Source of the DNA: an uncultured Leptospirales bacterium
GTDB lineage: Bacteria; Spirochaetota; UBA4802; UBA5550
DNA length: 64,000 bases
NCBI GenBank assembly: GCA_964450405.1
Contig: CAYVCQ010000001.1
Location: forward strand, 91,858-155,857
Direction: 5' to 3'
The position numbers were made by a program, and so were the translations under genes. This document shows positions 38,054 to 47,764 of the stretch, piece after piece. Positions within the stretch are counted from its first letter, which is position 1. Every line of letters starts with the position of its first letter. The notes beneath the pieces were generated by a model, which was given only the letters and a program-made list of their open reading frames with translations, did no database searches and was not told where the DNA came from.

Positions 38054-38353
38054 TCACAAGCCCGAGAGCTGGTCGTCCATATTTAAAAGCTGAAAGCATT
38101 TAAGAATATTTTCGTTGTAGTTTATGACTCTCAGTAATCTTCCGCCAAGATTCATTTTAATTCTGAACCTCAGCATTATTGATAAGAACATCGAGTCTAC
38201 GCCTTCGAGATTTCTCATGTCAAAGACAATATCCCTGTGGTCATTTTTGATGAAAATCTCTACATCCTCTTCAAATAATCTGATATGCTGGAAAATATCA
38301 AATTCTTTCAGCACGTAGATCTTTTCACTTTCATTTTCAATTGTTTCGAACAT
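38054..38353 (-). CDS. STAS-domain protein (anti-sigma-factor antagonist-like)
   Basis: 99 aa with a SpoIIAA-like pattern (..FDMRNLEGVDSMFLSIML..). Confidence 0.5.
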   Translation of the reverse strand: MFETIENESEKIYVLKEFDIFQHIRLFEEDVEIFIKNDHRDIVFDMRNLEGVDSMFLSIMLRFRIKMNLGGRLLRVINYNENILKCFQLLNMDDQLSGL

Positions 38354-38506
38354 TCTTTTTTTATATATATTCTCAAATTTTAATCAAAAAAAGTCATCCC
38401 GGAGCGCATAAGTACAATAAACACCATACTATTAGAAAAGCAAGACATCGGCTGACATGTCAGAGATTGACCATAAAAAAACGTAAAAAAACACCAGTTT
38501 TATGAA

Positions 38507-39028
38507 TTAAATATCCACAAGACTGCTTTTAAATCTTCTTCCGTTTTCTACATAATGTTTTGCACTAGCTTCAATTATTTTTATCTCTACTTCAGTTATC
38601 TCGCGGATTATTCTTCCCGGAGAGCCCATTACAACAGAACCGTCTGGAATTATCATTTTTGACTTTATCAGAGCATTAGCTCCAATAAGGCAGTTTTTAC
38701 CTATTACCGCCTCATCGAGAACCACTGAGTTTATTCCAATAAGAGAATAATCTCCAACAATACATCCATGAAGCATCGCCAGATGTCCAATTGTTACACC
38801 ACGCCCGATTTCGAGTCTATTCCACGCCTCGGCATGAAAAACACATCCATCCTGAACATTGCTCTCATCTCCGATAATAATTTTACTTGAATCACCACGT
38901 ATCACAGCATTAAACCATATACTTGAACCGGTTCCGATCTCTACATCACCTATTACATGCGCGCTCTCTGCAATATAATAATCATCACTTTTAAAGCTGA
39001 CTCTTTTATCACCAAGATTGTATATCAT
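38507..39028 (-). CDS. Gamma-class carbonic anhydrase / hexapeptide-repeat (LbH) family protein
   Basis: IAESAHVIGDVEIGTGSSIWFNAVIRGD...GHLAMLHGCIVGD left-handed beta-helix hexapeptide repeats. Confidence 0.7.
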   Translation of the reverse strand: MIYNLGDKRVSFKSDDYYIAESAHVIGDVEIGTGSSIWFNAVIRGDSSKIIIGDESNVQDGCVFHAEAWNRLEIGRGVTIGHLAMLHGCIVGDYSLIGINSVVLDEAVIGKNCLIGANALIKSKMIIPDGSVVMGSPGRIIREITEVEIKIIEASAKHYVENGRRFKSSLVDI

Positions 39029-39401
39029 ACATCCTCCATGTGCTTTTTAACTATAATCTCTCCTCTGTATGCTTCATAAGAGGTTTATACAATTTAACAA
39101 ATTTCTTTAGAACAAGCATCATTAAAATTGAAAATTGATAATAAAATTCAAGGTAATAGAAAAAAAATTTACTTCATCATAATTCAAAACTCACCCCCGG
39201 CTACTGCCGCGCCCCTCTCTTTAAAAAGAGAAGGGCTGATTAAATGTGAAATTTTTTGGTTATACAGCCTCCCCCTCTTTTTCTTTTTAAAGAGAGGGGG
39301 ACCAAGGGGGTGAGTTAACTGTTTCATGTAGTTTTATTTATTCTAAAAAAAAAGTAGACATCAGATTCTCCTTTCACCCTAGATAGTACCGGTAGAAAAA
39401 A

Positions 39402-39617
39402 ATGAAAAGATATGATATACTCCATGAGATTTTCCATAAAGCCGGAACTGAAAAGTTTATTACACTTTATGAGCTTGAAACTGAAACCGGTCTTTCCGGG
39501 GGAACACTCCGGCCGATGCTCGAAGATCTGAAAGAGGAGAGCCTTATAGTTGAACACTCTGAGGGATTCCAGGTTTCCGAAAGCGGTTCACATTTCTGTA
39601 AAAGACGCTGGGTTTAA
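39402..39617 (+). CDS. Small hypothetical protein (71 aa), possibly a winged-helix type
   Basis: ORF only. No Shine-Dalgarno. Confidence 0.3.
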   Translation: MKRYDILHEIFHKAGTEKFITLYELETETGLSGGTLRPMLEDLKEESLIVEHSEGFQVSESGSHFCKRRWV

Positions 39618-39674
39618 CTGCAGCCATGTCTGCAGGAACAAAGCTCCTATAACTACAAAATAAGAGAGGTTAAT

Positions 39675-40139
39675 ATGCCGGTAGAATGGCTTTCAGAGGA
39701 AAAATGTAAAAAAATGCTTGGTCCGCAGATTTACGGAAGACTTGCCACTTGCGGAAAAGATAACATCCCCTATATTACACCTGTAAATTACGCATATCTT
39801 AATGATGCAATTTATATACATTGCGCTATGAAAGGTAGAAAACTCAGCAATATTGCAGAAAATCCCTCAGTCTGTTTTGAGATAAGTATGTCGGGGAATC
39901 TTTACACATCTGAAAGAGCCTGCGGTTTCAGCATGAGATACTGGTCAATACTGATTAACGGTAATGCAGAAATTGCAGAACATCTTGAAGAAAAAAGAGA
40001 AGCTTTGAACGCCATTATGAAAAAATACGCAGGGCAGTTTGAGTACAGCGACCCCACAGATGATGAACTTGGAAAGGTTAATGTAATAAAGATAAATGTC
40101 GAAAGTATCAGCGGAAAAATGGGGATAGATCCTCAGTAA
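39675..40139 (+). CDS. Pyridoxamine 5'-phosphate oxidase-like FMN-binding split-barrel protein
   Basis: 154 aa. N-terminal ..CKKMLGPQIYGRLATCGKDNIPYITPVNYAY.. is typical of the PNPOx-like family. Confidence 0.55.
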   Translation: MPVEWLSEEKCKKMLGPQIYGRLATCGKDNIPYITPVNYAYLNDAIYIHCAMKGRKLSNIAENPSVCFEISMSGNLYTSERACGFSMRYWSILINGNAEIAEHLEEKREALNAIMKKYAGQFEYSDPTDDELGKVNVIKINVESISGKMGIDPQ

Positions 40140-40192
40140 ATTGACGCTATCACTAAAGGGGTCTGATTTTTGATTCTTTTATTTCAGCATTT

Positions 40193-40295
40193 GTCATTCC
40201 GGTTTTGCAGCGTACATTCTTGCGAATACCGGAATCTCCTGATTAAATCTGGCGTATGGGATACCGGCATTACGTTTCACTTCAGCCGGTATGAC
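40193..40295. repeat. Family-A palindromic element, copy 3
   Basis: GTCATTCCGGTTTTGCAGCGTACATTCTTGCGAATACCGGAATCTCCTG...GATACCGGCATTACGTTTCACTTCAGCCGGTATGAC. Confidence 0.8.
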
Positions 40296-40650
40296 AGCTA
40301 GTAAACTTTTAGTTCATCCGCAAAATAGCATTCAATTTAAACCTGAAAAAAATAATTCCTAACAAAACTGGACTTAAAATATCCAACTTATGTAACAATA
40401 CACCACAGCATTTTTCATATTAAAAAATGGAGTTTAATATGAAAAATGAAAATATAAATGAAAACCCTATTCTTTCCGGAATACCTGTCGAATTTGAATG
40501 TGACGAGCCATGGAGAAAAAAAAGACTTTCGTGCTCAGGTGCGGGGATAGTTGAAAAAAATTTTGACCGAAGACATTTTGAACATATGACAAAATATCAT
40601 GGCGGAAATTCATCTGATGGAATCGAAAATGAAGAAGAATCAGGCGGGAA

Positions 40651-41424
40651 TTAACCAAGAGAGGAATATAACCTCTCTCCCCGTTTGAATACCTCAATCT
40701 TTCTTTTAAAGAGAGAACTAAAAATGTTCTTTTCAATTGCATAGTCAACTGTCCCGTTAAAAAAACATTTACCGTCATCAATAACAAATATTCTTCCAAA
40801 GACCGGAGTAATCTCCTCTACATGGTGAGTTACGTAAATCAAAGAGTGATTTCTCCCCTTCATTAAACTTTTTATCGAATCGAGAAAATCCTCGCGGGCT
40901 CCTATATCAAGTCCTGTAGTCGGTTCATCAAGTATCAGTAAATCCGGGTCATTGATTAAAGCACGGAGCATAAGCACCTTCTGCTTCTCTCCATCGGAGA
41001 GATGACTGATTACATCATTTTCACGTCCTGCGAGATTTGTTTCGCCTAGCAGTGCCCGTGCTTTTTTAATATCATTTGCTGAAGGCCTGGTGTAGAGCCC
41101 GATTGATGCGTATAATCCGCTAAGAATAGTATCAATTATTCTTTCATCTCTATTAAACTTTTCCCGCAGCGCGGAGCTTACATAACCGATGCGCTTCCTG
41201 ATCTCACGAATATCCGAGCCAATATGTCCGTAGCCGAATCTTGTAACGTCACCCTCAGTAGGAAACAGATAACCGGTTATAATCTCCAGAAGCTTAGTCT
41301 TGCCGGAACCGTTTCTTCCGAAGAGAATCCAGCTCTCCCCTTTCTCTATGTGCCAGTTTATATCACTGAGGATTCTTCTTTTACTGCCGTATATGTCGAG
41401 AGATATGTTTTCCAGTTTTATCAT
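40651..41424 (-). CDS. ABC transporter ATP-binding protein
   Basis: Walker A GRNGSGKT. Signature LSDGEKQKV. Walker B LILDEPTTGLD. Confidence 0.8.
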   Translation of the reverse strand: MIKLENISLDIYGSKRRILSDINWHIEKGESWILFGRNGSGKTKLLEIITGYLFPTEGDVTRFGYGHIGSDIREIRKRIGYVSSALREKFNRDERIIDTILSGLYASIGLYTRPSANDIKKARALLGETNLAGRENDVISHLSDGEKQKVLMLRALINDPDLLILDEPTTGLDIGAREDFLDSIKSLMKGRNHSLIYVTHHVEEITPVFGRIFVIDDGKCFFNGTVDYAIEKNIFSSLFKRKIEVFKRGERLYSSLG

Positions 41425-41603
41425 GGGTTTTTCCTTTTGAGTACAATAAATAATTTAAGACTGAGAGTGCAAGTAAATAGCGGATTATATTGAGATTTTT
41501 TATTCTACACTTCCAGTGTTTCGGTATGACAGCATTTCGTCCGAACCATGATTTGCATGATTTTTGGATTAGCCTGATGTTGCGGGGAAAACATTTTTGT
41601 ATT

Positions 41604-41647
41604 TAATCAAGGAAATCATTTAATCCTTGAATCAGGGTTCAGACAAC
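41604..41647. repeat. Family-B repeat, half copy
   Basis: aatcaaggaaatcatttaatccttgaatcagggttcagacaa. Confidence 0.7.
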
Positions 41648-41728
41648 TGCAGAATTCAGAACTCTGCAATTTACAGATTTTTCTGATAACAAATAGAAAG
41701 TTCCAAGATAAATTCGATCATATCTATT

Positions 41729-42472
41729 TTATATTTCAAGATCAAAAAGATCCACCGAAGCAATAGATTGCGGAAACAAGGCCTGTGCTATCTTTTCAGC
41801 ATCCCCTCTCATCTTCAGAGTGGTGTATCGTGCTGCATCAAAATGGGCAAGAACAAGCTTTTTTGCTCCTGCTTCAATTGCTATACGCGCCGCAGTTTCC
41901 GGGTTCAGATGCGGCCACTCTTCATTCTCTTCGCCGGGAAGAAAGGCACATTCAGTAATAAGAAGATCTGCATTCAGTGCAAGTTTAACCGCATTTTCAC
42001 AGTAACCTGTGTCTGTACAGAATGTCAATATACGATCATCGACCGTTATGCGGTACCCGAGACAGTAATCGGAATGGAGCAGAGGAAGAAATTCAACTTC
42101 AAAAGGGATCTTATTTCTATCTGCAGGAAGTTCCAGCAGCTCTGTATTGTACTTCAGCTTATCAAGAGGAACTGTAAAAGGTTTGTTCACCAGATGACTG
42201 ATCACACCTCGAGTCCCCTCCTGCCCTACAATAAATAATCCCTTCGGGCAGTTTATTTTCGAGAGACCATGAAGCCCGGAGATATGATCCATATGAAAAT
42301 GACTTAAAAAAAGATAAACCGGTTTCGTACCGTCAATATATTTATCAAGCTTAAAGAAACCGCTCCCTGCATCAAACACTATGTCATAATCAATTGTCTT
42401 GATCAATACACAGAGAGTGTTCCCGATTTCAGTTTCAAACCAGCCGTTTGTTCCGAGAAATACTGCATTCAT
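41729..42472 (-). CDS. MBL-fold metallo-hydrolase (RNase Z/BN-like)
   Basis: LSHFHMDHISG HxHxDH motif. 247 aa. Confidence 0.65.
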   Translation of the reverse strand: MNAVFLGTNGWFETEIGNTLCVLIKTIDYDIVFDAGSGFFKLDKYIDGTKPVYLFLSHFHMDHISGLHGLSKINCPKGLFIVGQEGTRGVISHLVNKPFTVPLDKLKYNTELLELPADRNKIPFEVEFLPLLHSDYCLGYRITVDDRILTFCTDTGYCENAVKLALNADLLITECAFLPGEENEEWPHLNPETAARIAIEAGAKKLVLAHFDAARYTTLKMRGDAEKIAQALFPQSIASVDLFDLEI

Positions 42473-42480
42473 TAATTTTT

Positions 42481-43386
42481 TTATTTGTCCTGCGATTCAA
42501 AATCGATACTATAAAGTTTATCCCCTATAAAATAAAAAAGCATTTCATAGTGTACAATAAACCGGCTGCAGTATTTCACTATTTTATATGAATTCTGTGT
42601 GCCGAATCTTGTATCAATTTCAACTGCATAAATAGATCCGTCGTCAAACTGAACGATAAATGAATCGTCTCGCTTTGGATAAAAATCAAAAGCAGTTATC
42701 TTTTTTTCAGGAGTATAAACAAGCTTCTTTGACATAGTGTTTATAAAGAATGGCAACTGTTCCTTCTTGCCTATCCACTTAACATAAAGTTTATTACCTT
42801 CATTGCTTAAAAGAATCTTCCCTTTCAGTTTTCTCATAGGTCCGAGTTTCAGTGCTGTTATCTCTTTACTATTCCATATGGGAAAAATGCTCTTAGCAGG
42901 CTTCTTCGCTGCTTTGAAGAGATCAAGTACATCGGTGTAATCTTCATTGAGTTCGGGCTTAGGACGTTTTGCACCTTTTTTATTCTGATCGTATTTCTCA
43001 ACCGCTATGTATTTAGGAATCTCATTGATTTTAAATTCTGACGGTACAAGTACAGGAAAGCACACCTCAACCAGTTCCTCCTGAACCTTTACATATTTTA
43101 CCCATGGACGGTATCCTTTTTTTTCTACATTAACAGTATAATTTCCGGGCTTTACGTTCTGAACAAGCATATTACGTTCAATCAGACCGGTAGATTTCTT
43201 CAGCTTTCCGTTTAACAGAACGGATGCGTCTGTCTCATTATTTGCTATATATATCCCGCCGGTCTTAACGATTTTAAAGTTATCGGAAAGACGATAGCCG
43301 AATGTATAAAATATTATCAGAGGTATTACAATAATAAATACGGCGAAAAGTCCAAGCATATATAAACGCTGTTTTTTTGGTGTCAT
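42481..43386 (-). CDS. Membrane-anchored PEGA-domain protein
   Basis: N-terminal TM helix. IYIANNETDASVLLNGKLKKSTGLIERNMLVQNVKPGNYTVNVEKKGYRPW matches the PEGA pattern. Confidence 0.5.
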   Translation of the reverse strand: MTPKKQRLYMLGLFAVFIIVIPLIIFYTFGYRLSDNFKIVKTGGIYIANNETDASVLLNGKLKKSTGLIERNMLVQNVKPGNYTVNVEKKGYRPWVKYVKVQEELVEVCFPVLVPSEFKINEIPKYIAVEKYDQNKKGAKRPKPELNEDYTDVLDLFKAAKKPAKSIFPIWNSKEITALKLGPMRKLKGKILLSNEGNKLYVKWIGKKEQLPFFINTMSKKLVYTPEKKITAFDFYPKRDDSFIVQFDDGSIYAVEIDTRFGTQNSYKIVKYCSRFIVHYEMLFYFIGDKLYSIDFESQDK

Positions 43387-43475
43387 AAAATCTCCCTCGA
43401 TTCTTTTGATAGCCTAAAACTTGCTGCCATCCTAGGGATAGCATGGATTTGTTGTATTATTAAACTAAAAAGTAT

Positions 43476-43542
43476 GTCATGCTGAGCCTGTCGAAGCATA
43501 GACTCCTGAAACTAAACACCCTTCGACATGCTCAGGCTGACA
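43476..43542. repeat. Family-C hairpin element, copy 2, between the GT2 and PEGA genes (copy 1 at 7694..7750)
   Basis: GTCATGCTGAGCCTGTCGAAGCATA..(loop)..CCCTTCGACATGCTCAGGCTGACA. The arms pair over about 15 bp. Confidence 0.7.
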
Positions 43543-43603
43543 ATGATTTAAATCTGACAATCTCTGGAAATATCAGCACATATAATTGCCTGACACTTCC
43601 TGT

Positions 43604-45142
43604 TTACTCTGAACGATGCTTTGGCGTAACCCAGAATCCCATATATCTGCCGAACATCAGTCTTGTCTGTGCATCAAGTGCAGGTATTGCCCCAAAAATA
43701 GTAATTGTAAACGGCACAAGAAGCCACTGTATTATATGATAAAACTTCTTAGGTCCTCTTTTTGTTTCAGGATCGCTCGGCATAAGACTCACCGCAACCA
43801 TAGATGACAGAATAAGATTACTCATCGTAACCATCATTATATCCCGTGTAATATATGGAAGATTAAAACTCACCATGGTTGTGTTGAACTCTCTCCCCCC
43901 TAAAATAATAGGGAGCCATCCCAGAAGAAAAATCATAAGCGGATTTGTCGCTAACGACCAGTAACCGTCAACATTTATAGCAAAAATTTTAAATTTTTCC
44001 CATTTTGGAATCTTTTTGTTTTTTGTAAAATTAAACATTACATATGCGAAATTTTCAACTCCATATGCCCAACGCCTCTGCTGCTTATATATGTTCTTCA
44101 TTGTCTGCCAAAAGTTATGAGCAAGCGGAGCATCCATAGAAACGGGATAAGCCATTGGTGTTACAATGTAATCTCCATCAAACTTCATGTAGCAGTTCCA
44201 GAATATTCTCGAATCCTCGCTGACCATATTGCTCTGCCAGTAACCGACTTTGTAGAGTGTACTGAACGCCACGGAGTGAGAGCTGAATGTTGCCATACGT
44301 TTCTGACGTTCCTGCTGAACCATCTGCCAGAACGTTCCGGAGAAAGCAACGACTCGCGATATTGCCGGAGCTTCAAAAATATTATTATTGAATACCGGTA
44401 CCGGCTGAAATGATGTATTATAGGGCTTCTCGTTTGCAAGAAACATCCAGGTAAGACATGCAAAATACTGACTATATACAACTGTATCAATATCAAACGC
44501 AGAGACAAGAACATCATCATAGTTAATCTTCTTCTTATCCAGAACCAGTTTTCTGGCCTCTTCAGCTGCATATGATATATTTGAACCCTTACCCGCCATC
44601 TCTCCGACAATCCCATCGGGATGCACTGTAACAATGAAGTGACCGAAAACCTTGCCGTATTTTTTCTTCATTCTTGCCGCAATTTCCTGAGGTTCCTCCC
44701 CTGCGCGTGCCTCGGCAGCAAGAACAATTATCATTCGCTTGCTGTTATATTCGCAGTCAAGGAGAGATTTAAGAGTTTTCTCAATGAGCTTTTCATCCTC
44801 TTTATAAAACGGCAGCATTATCATATGGTAGAGATGATCATATTTGAAGTGTACGAGTTTTTCCACCCAGTTGGCAGCTGTGTGCTCCTTGATCCGTTTC
44901 CAGTTAGCCTTCAAGTGAAGAGAGAGGTATGCTGTTTTCAGAAGCCAGAAAACATCGAAGGATATAATAAATAAAGCTGTGTAGAGCGGATAAAAATATG
45001 AAAGAACAACTGCCATTATAATAGTAAACCACGATAAAAATCCTGGAAGTATTTCAAAAAATCTGTAAAGGAGGTAATCTCCACCAGAGACTTCATCTCC
45101 CCGTCCAATCCTGTAGTTTTCGTATATGTATTCCTTAGACAC
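43604..45142 (-). CDS. Processive family-2 glycosyltransferase (cellulose/chitin/hyaluronan-synthase-like) with integral membrane domain
   Basis: QQRRW (QxxRW) motif, D,D,D-type catalytic region and multiple TM helices. 512 aa. Confidence 0.65.
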   Translation of the reverse strand: MSKEYIYENYRIGRGDEVSGGDYLLYRFFEILPGFLSWFTIIMAVVLSYFYPLYTALFIISFDVFWLLKTAYLSLHLKANWKRIKEHTAANWVEKLVHFKYDHLYHMIMLPFYKEDEKLIEKTLKSLLDCEYNSKRMIIVLAAEARAGEEPQEIAARMKKKYGKVFGHFIVTVHPDGIVGEMAGKGSNISYAAEEARKLVLDKKKINYDDVLVSAFDIDTVVYSQYFACLTWMFLANEKPYNTSFQPVPVFNNNIFEAPAISRVVAFSGTFWQMVQQERQKRMATFSSHSVAFSTLYKVGYWQSNMVSEDSRIFWNCYMKFDGDYIVTPMAYPVSMDAPLAHNFWQTMKNIYKQQRRWAYGVENFAYVMFNFTKNKKIPKWEKFKIFAINVDGYWSLATNPLMIFLLGWLPIILGGREFNTTMVSFNLPYITRDIMMVTMSNLILSSMVAVSLMPSDPETKRGPKKFYHIIQWLLVPFTITIFGAIPALDAQTRLMFGRYMGFWVTPKHRSE

Positions 45143-45667
45143 TTTTACTCTCCCTGTATCTGATCAGATTTTTTATATATATTATTGCAGCTTTAAGAAC
45201 TCTTTTTTTAAATAGAATCCGCCATTAAAAGGAAACATATTCAGTATCTTGAGATATGTAAACCTATACAGATTACTCATCTTTGTCTGCAATAGAAAGG
45301 AGTCCCAAAAACTAAAACTTTAGCTATGCCTCTTTACAAACCCTTCAGAGCTCCCTTCTTTTTCATAAACGGAATTTTTAGAACCGCCCAGGATACAATC
45401 AAATAATAAGATAATCTTCCAGAAGGAAAATTACCAGTTCCATTAATAATTAAGTTAATAATATTTTAAATATATAAAAGAATAAAACTGTGAATTCTGT
45501 CAAGAATTTGTATTAATTCAAAAAAATATCTTTTCCTGAAACCAGACAAAAGCTCATAAACTGAATGCAAAATGTATTTCCCCCACGCCACAAGCTGTGA
45601 GTGAGCATAAATATATCTGTTTTTAATCAGTTAAGATATTTTGATAGCAAATTATTTTTGGGGGCAC

Positions 45668-45765
45668 AGCGCTCCGCGCTGTGCTAAAAATGGGGGATTA
45701 CGGGGGCGTTGCCCCCGTAATCCCCCATTTTTAGCGTATGCGAAGCATACGCACTCTCGAAAATA
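45668..45765. other. Three consecutive perfect hairpins in a 730-bp divergent intergenic region
   Basis: gcacagcgc-tcc-gcgctgtgc (9-bp stem). ctaaaaatgggggattacgggggc-gtt-gcccccgtaatcccccatttttag (24-bp perfect stem). cgtatgc-gaa-gcatacg (7-bp stem). Confidence 0.7.
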
Positions 45766-45875
45766 AATTGCTACCGATATTTTGGTAATAATGAAAAATT
45801 GTTATTCTTGACAAAAAAAAACAGCAATGGCATAAATAAATCTCAGTTTATTAAATAATTACATAAGGAGTTTTT

Positions 45876-46412
45876 ATGAAACGCAATCTTATTGCAGTAT
45901 TGGGATCTCTATTAATTACACTTGCAGGATTTGTTGCATTACATGCATTATCTGCCGGTCAGGATGTATCAAACCCCTCTATTAAAGATGTAAACAGTCA
46001 GCCTGCATCTATTCCGGATTTTGGCGCGAAGGTTCTCACAGTAGTTTATAGTGATTCCGATGCATCAGACATCAGTGACCCTATATCAGATGCTCTAAAA
46101 GCTAAAAAATTCCCTGAAACAAAAAACAGAGGAGTTGGTATAGCAAATCTTAAGGATTCACCTGTTCCAAACTGGATTATCCGTAAAATTGTTAAAGGAA
46201 AAATCGAAAAATATCAGGCAACAATTCTTCTTGATGAAGATCTTACTGTTCCTGGAGCATGGGGTCTTGGCAATGTTAACAATAAATCTGTATTTGTAGT
46301 TATTGGAAAAGATAAGAAAGTAAAATATATTAAAATGTTTGATAAGAATAATAAACCAAATCAGGGCGATATTGATACTGTAGTTAATCTTGTTGCAGGT
46401 CTTGTTAAATAG
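45876..46412 (+). CDS. Exported hypothetical protein
   Basis: AAGGAG Shine-Dalgarno. Signal peptide MKRNLIAVLGSLLITLAGFVALHA. 178 aa. Confidence 0.5.
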   Translation: MKRNLIAVLGSLLITLAGFVALHALSAGQDVSNPSIKDVNSQPASIPDFGAKVLTVVYSDSDASDISDPISDALKAKKFPETKNRGVGIANLKDSPVPNWIIRKIVKGKIEKYQATILLDEDLTVPGAWGLGNVNNKSVFVVIGKDKKVKYIKMFDKNNKPNQGDIDTVVNLVAGLVK

Positions 46413-46760
46413 TACACCAGAATTCCGGGATGTCAGTACTTTTTGGTGCTGACATCTCAGGAACTTTTCATTCATCAAGAAAATTTTTTAGATTTCACAA
46501 ATGTCAATAATGCCTCAATCAGGCCATCCTTTTATAATCCGTAAAAATATGAAACACCTGCCTTAATTCTCACTCCGGTCGGCAATTTATTCTAAAGAAT
46601 TTGCATGCTCAGCATAATCGAGGAATGAGGAAAGCGCTTGCCCCGAAATTAATTTGCATCCCTCAGTTCGAATGTGTAAAAATATATTTTGACAAAAATC
46701 AAAGCCTCTAAACGATGTAATAAGCAATTGAACAGCAGATCCGGATAGAGGTAAAACACT

Positions 46761-47423
46761 ATGAAAGTAACAGATGAAGTATACTCCTATGTTTGGAAGG
46801 GAGTTTTTGAAAATAACTGCAACAGTTTTTATTTCGGAGAGCCTCTGAACATTCTCTTTGATCCGGGTCTTAAAAACTATACTGATACGCTTCTGAGTCA
46901 GATGGAAAAAGACGGGATTGATATTGAAAAAATAAGTTTTGTAATCAACACACACAGTCATCCCGATCACTTTGAGGGTACAGTAAACTTTACAAAATAT
47001 GATATCCCTGCAGGTATGCACAAAGATGAAATAAAATTTCTCAATGAACAGGGGCCTCTCTTCTTTCAGATGATGGGAATGCAGTTCCCTGAAGTGAAAT
47101 TCGACATGGAACTCGAAGAGGGATTTCTAAAAATAGGCGACATTGAACTTGAAGTTATAAAAACACCGGGCCACTCACCCGCATCAATATGTATTTACTG
47201 GAGAGAGAAAAAGACCCTCATCTGCGGCGACCTGATTTTCAACAACAGTTTCGGCAGGGTTGATTTCCCTGGAGGAAATGCTGCTCTTCTCAAAGAAAGC
47301 ATCAGAAGAATATCTGAACTTGACATTGAATATCTACTCCCGGGACATATGGAGATAGTCGAGGGGAAGGAGAATGTACAGAAGAACTTTAAACAGGTGA
47401 TGGAATACTTCCCGCATTTTTGA
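46761..47423 (+). CDS. MBL-fold metallo-hydrolase (glyoxalase II-like)
   Basis: INTHSHPDHFEG HxHxDH motif. The antisense ORF 46587..47021 is rejected. Confidence 0.7.
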   Translation: MKVTDEVYSYVWKGVFENNCNSFYFGEPLNILFDPGLKNYTDTLLSQMEKDGIDIEKISFVINTHSHPDHFEGTVNFTKYDIPAGMHKDEIKFLNEQGPLFFQMMGMQFPEVKFDMELEEGFLKIGDIELEVIKTPGHSPASICIYWREKKTLICGDLIFNNSFGRVDFPGGNAALLKESIRRISELDIEYLLPGHMEIVEGKENVQKNFKQVMEYFPHF

Positions 47424-47764
47424 ATAGAGATGAAATGATGATTCTCAAAAATAAAACTTTTCCGGCACCTCTATCACTTCGTGACATTTCACTCATCAGC
47501 CCCCTATCCCCCGGAGGGGGCAACGAGTATATCAGTTATATCGCTGCTAGTTTTATTCTTATCATTTCTTTTACAATTCCAATACTCATCCCGAATTCAT
47601 CCCTGTATCTATCGTATTCTTTTTGTATATCATGAATTAACTAAAAATTTCCCTCTTGAGTGCCCCCTCCGGGGGACAGGGGGCCGGGGAGTACGGGAAA
47701 CAACGGGTTCTTTTCAGAAATTTTTATCTGTAAATTACTGGGTAAGGAATCCAATCCCATACCC

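Noticed and set aside
40427-40654. 75-aa ORF downstream of the family-A repeat
   Set aside because: It has a plausible GGAG Shine-Dalgarno, but its low-complexity acidic/Gly sequence, lack of motif and overlap with the ABC ATPase gene end make it too uncertain to call. It was left out of the feature list.
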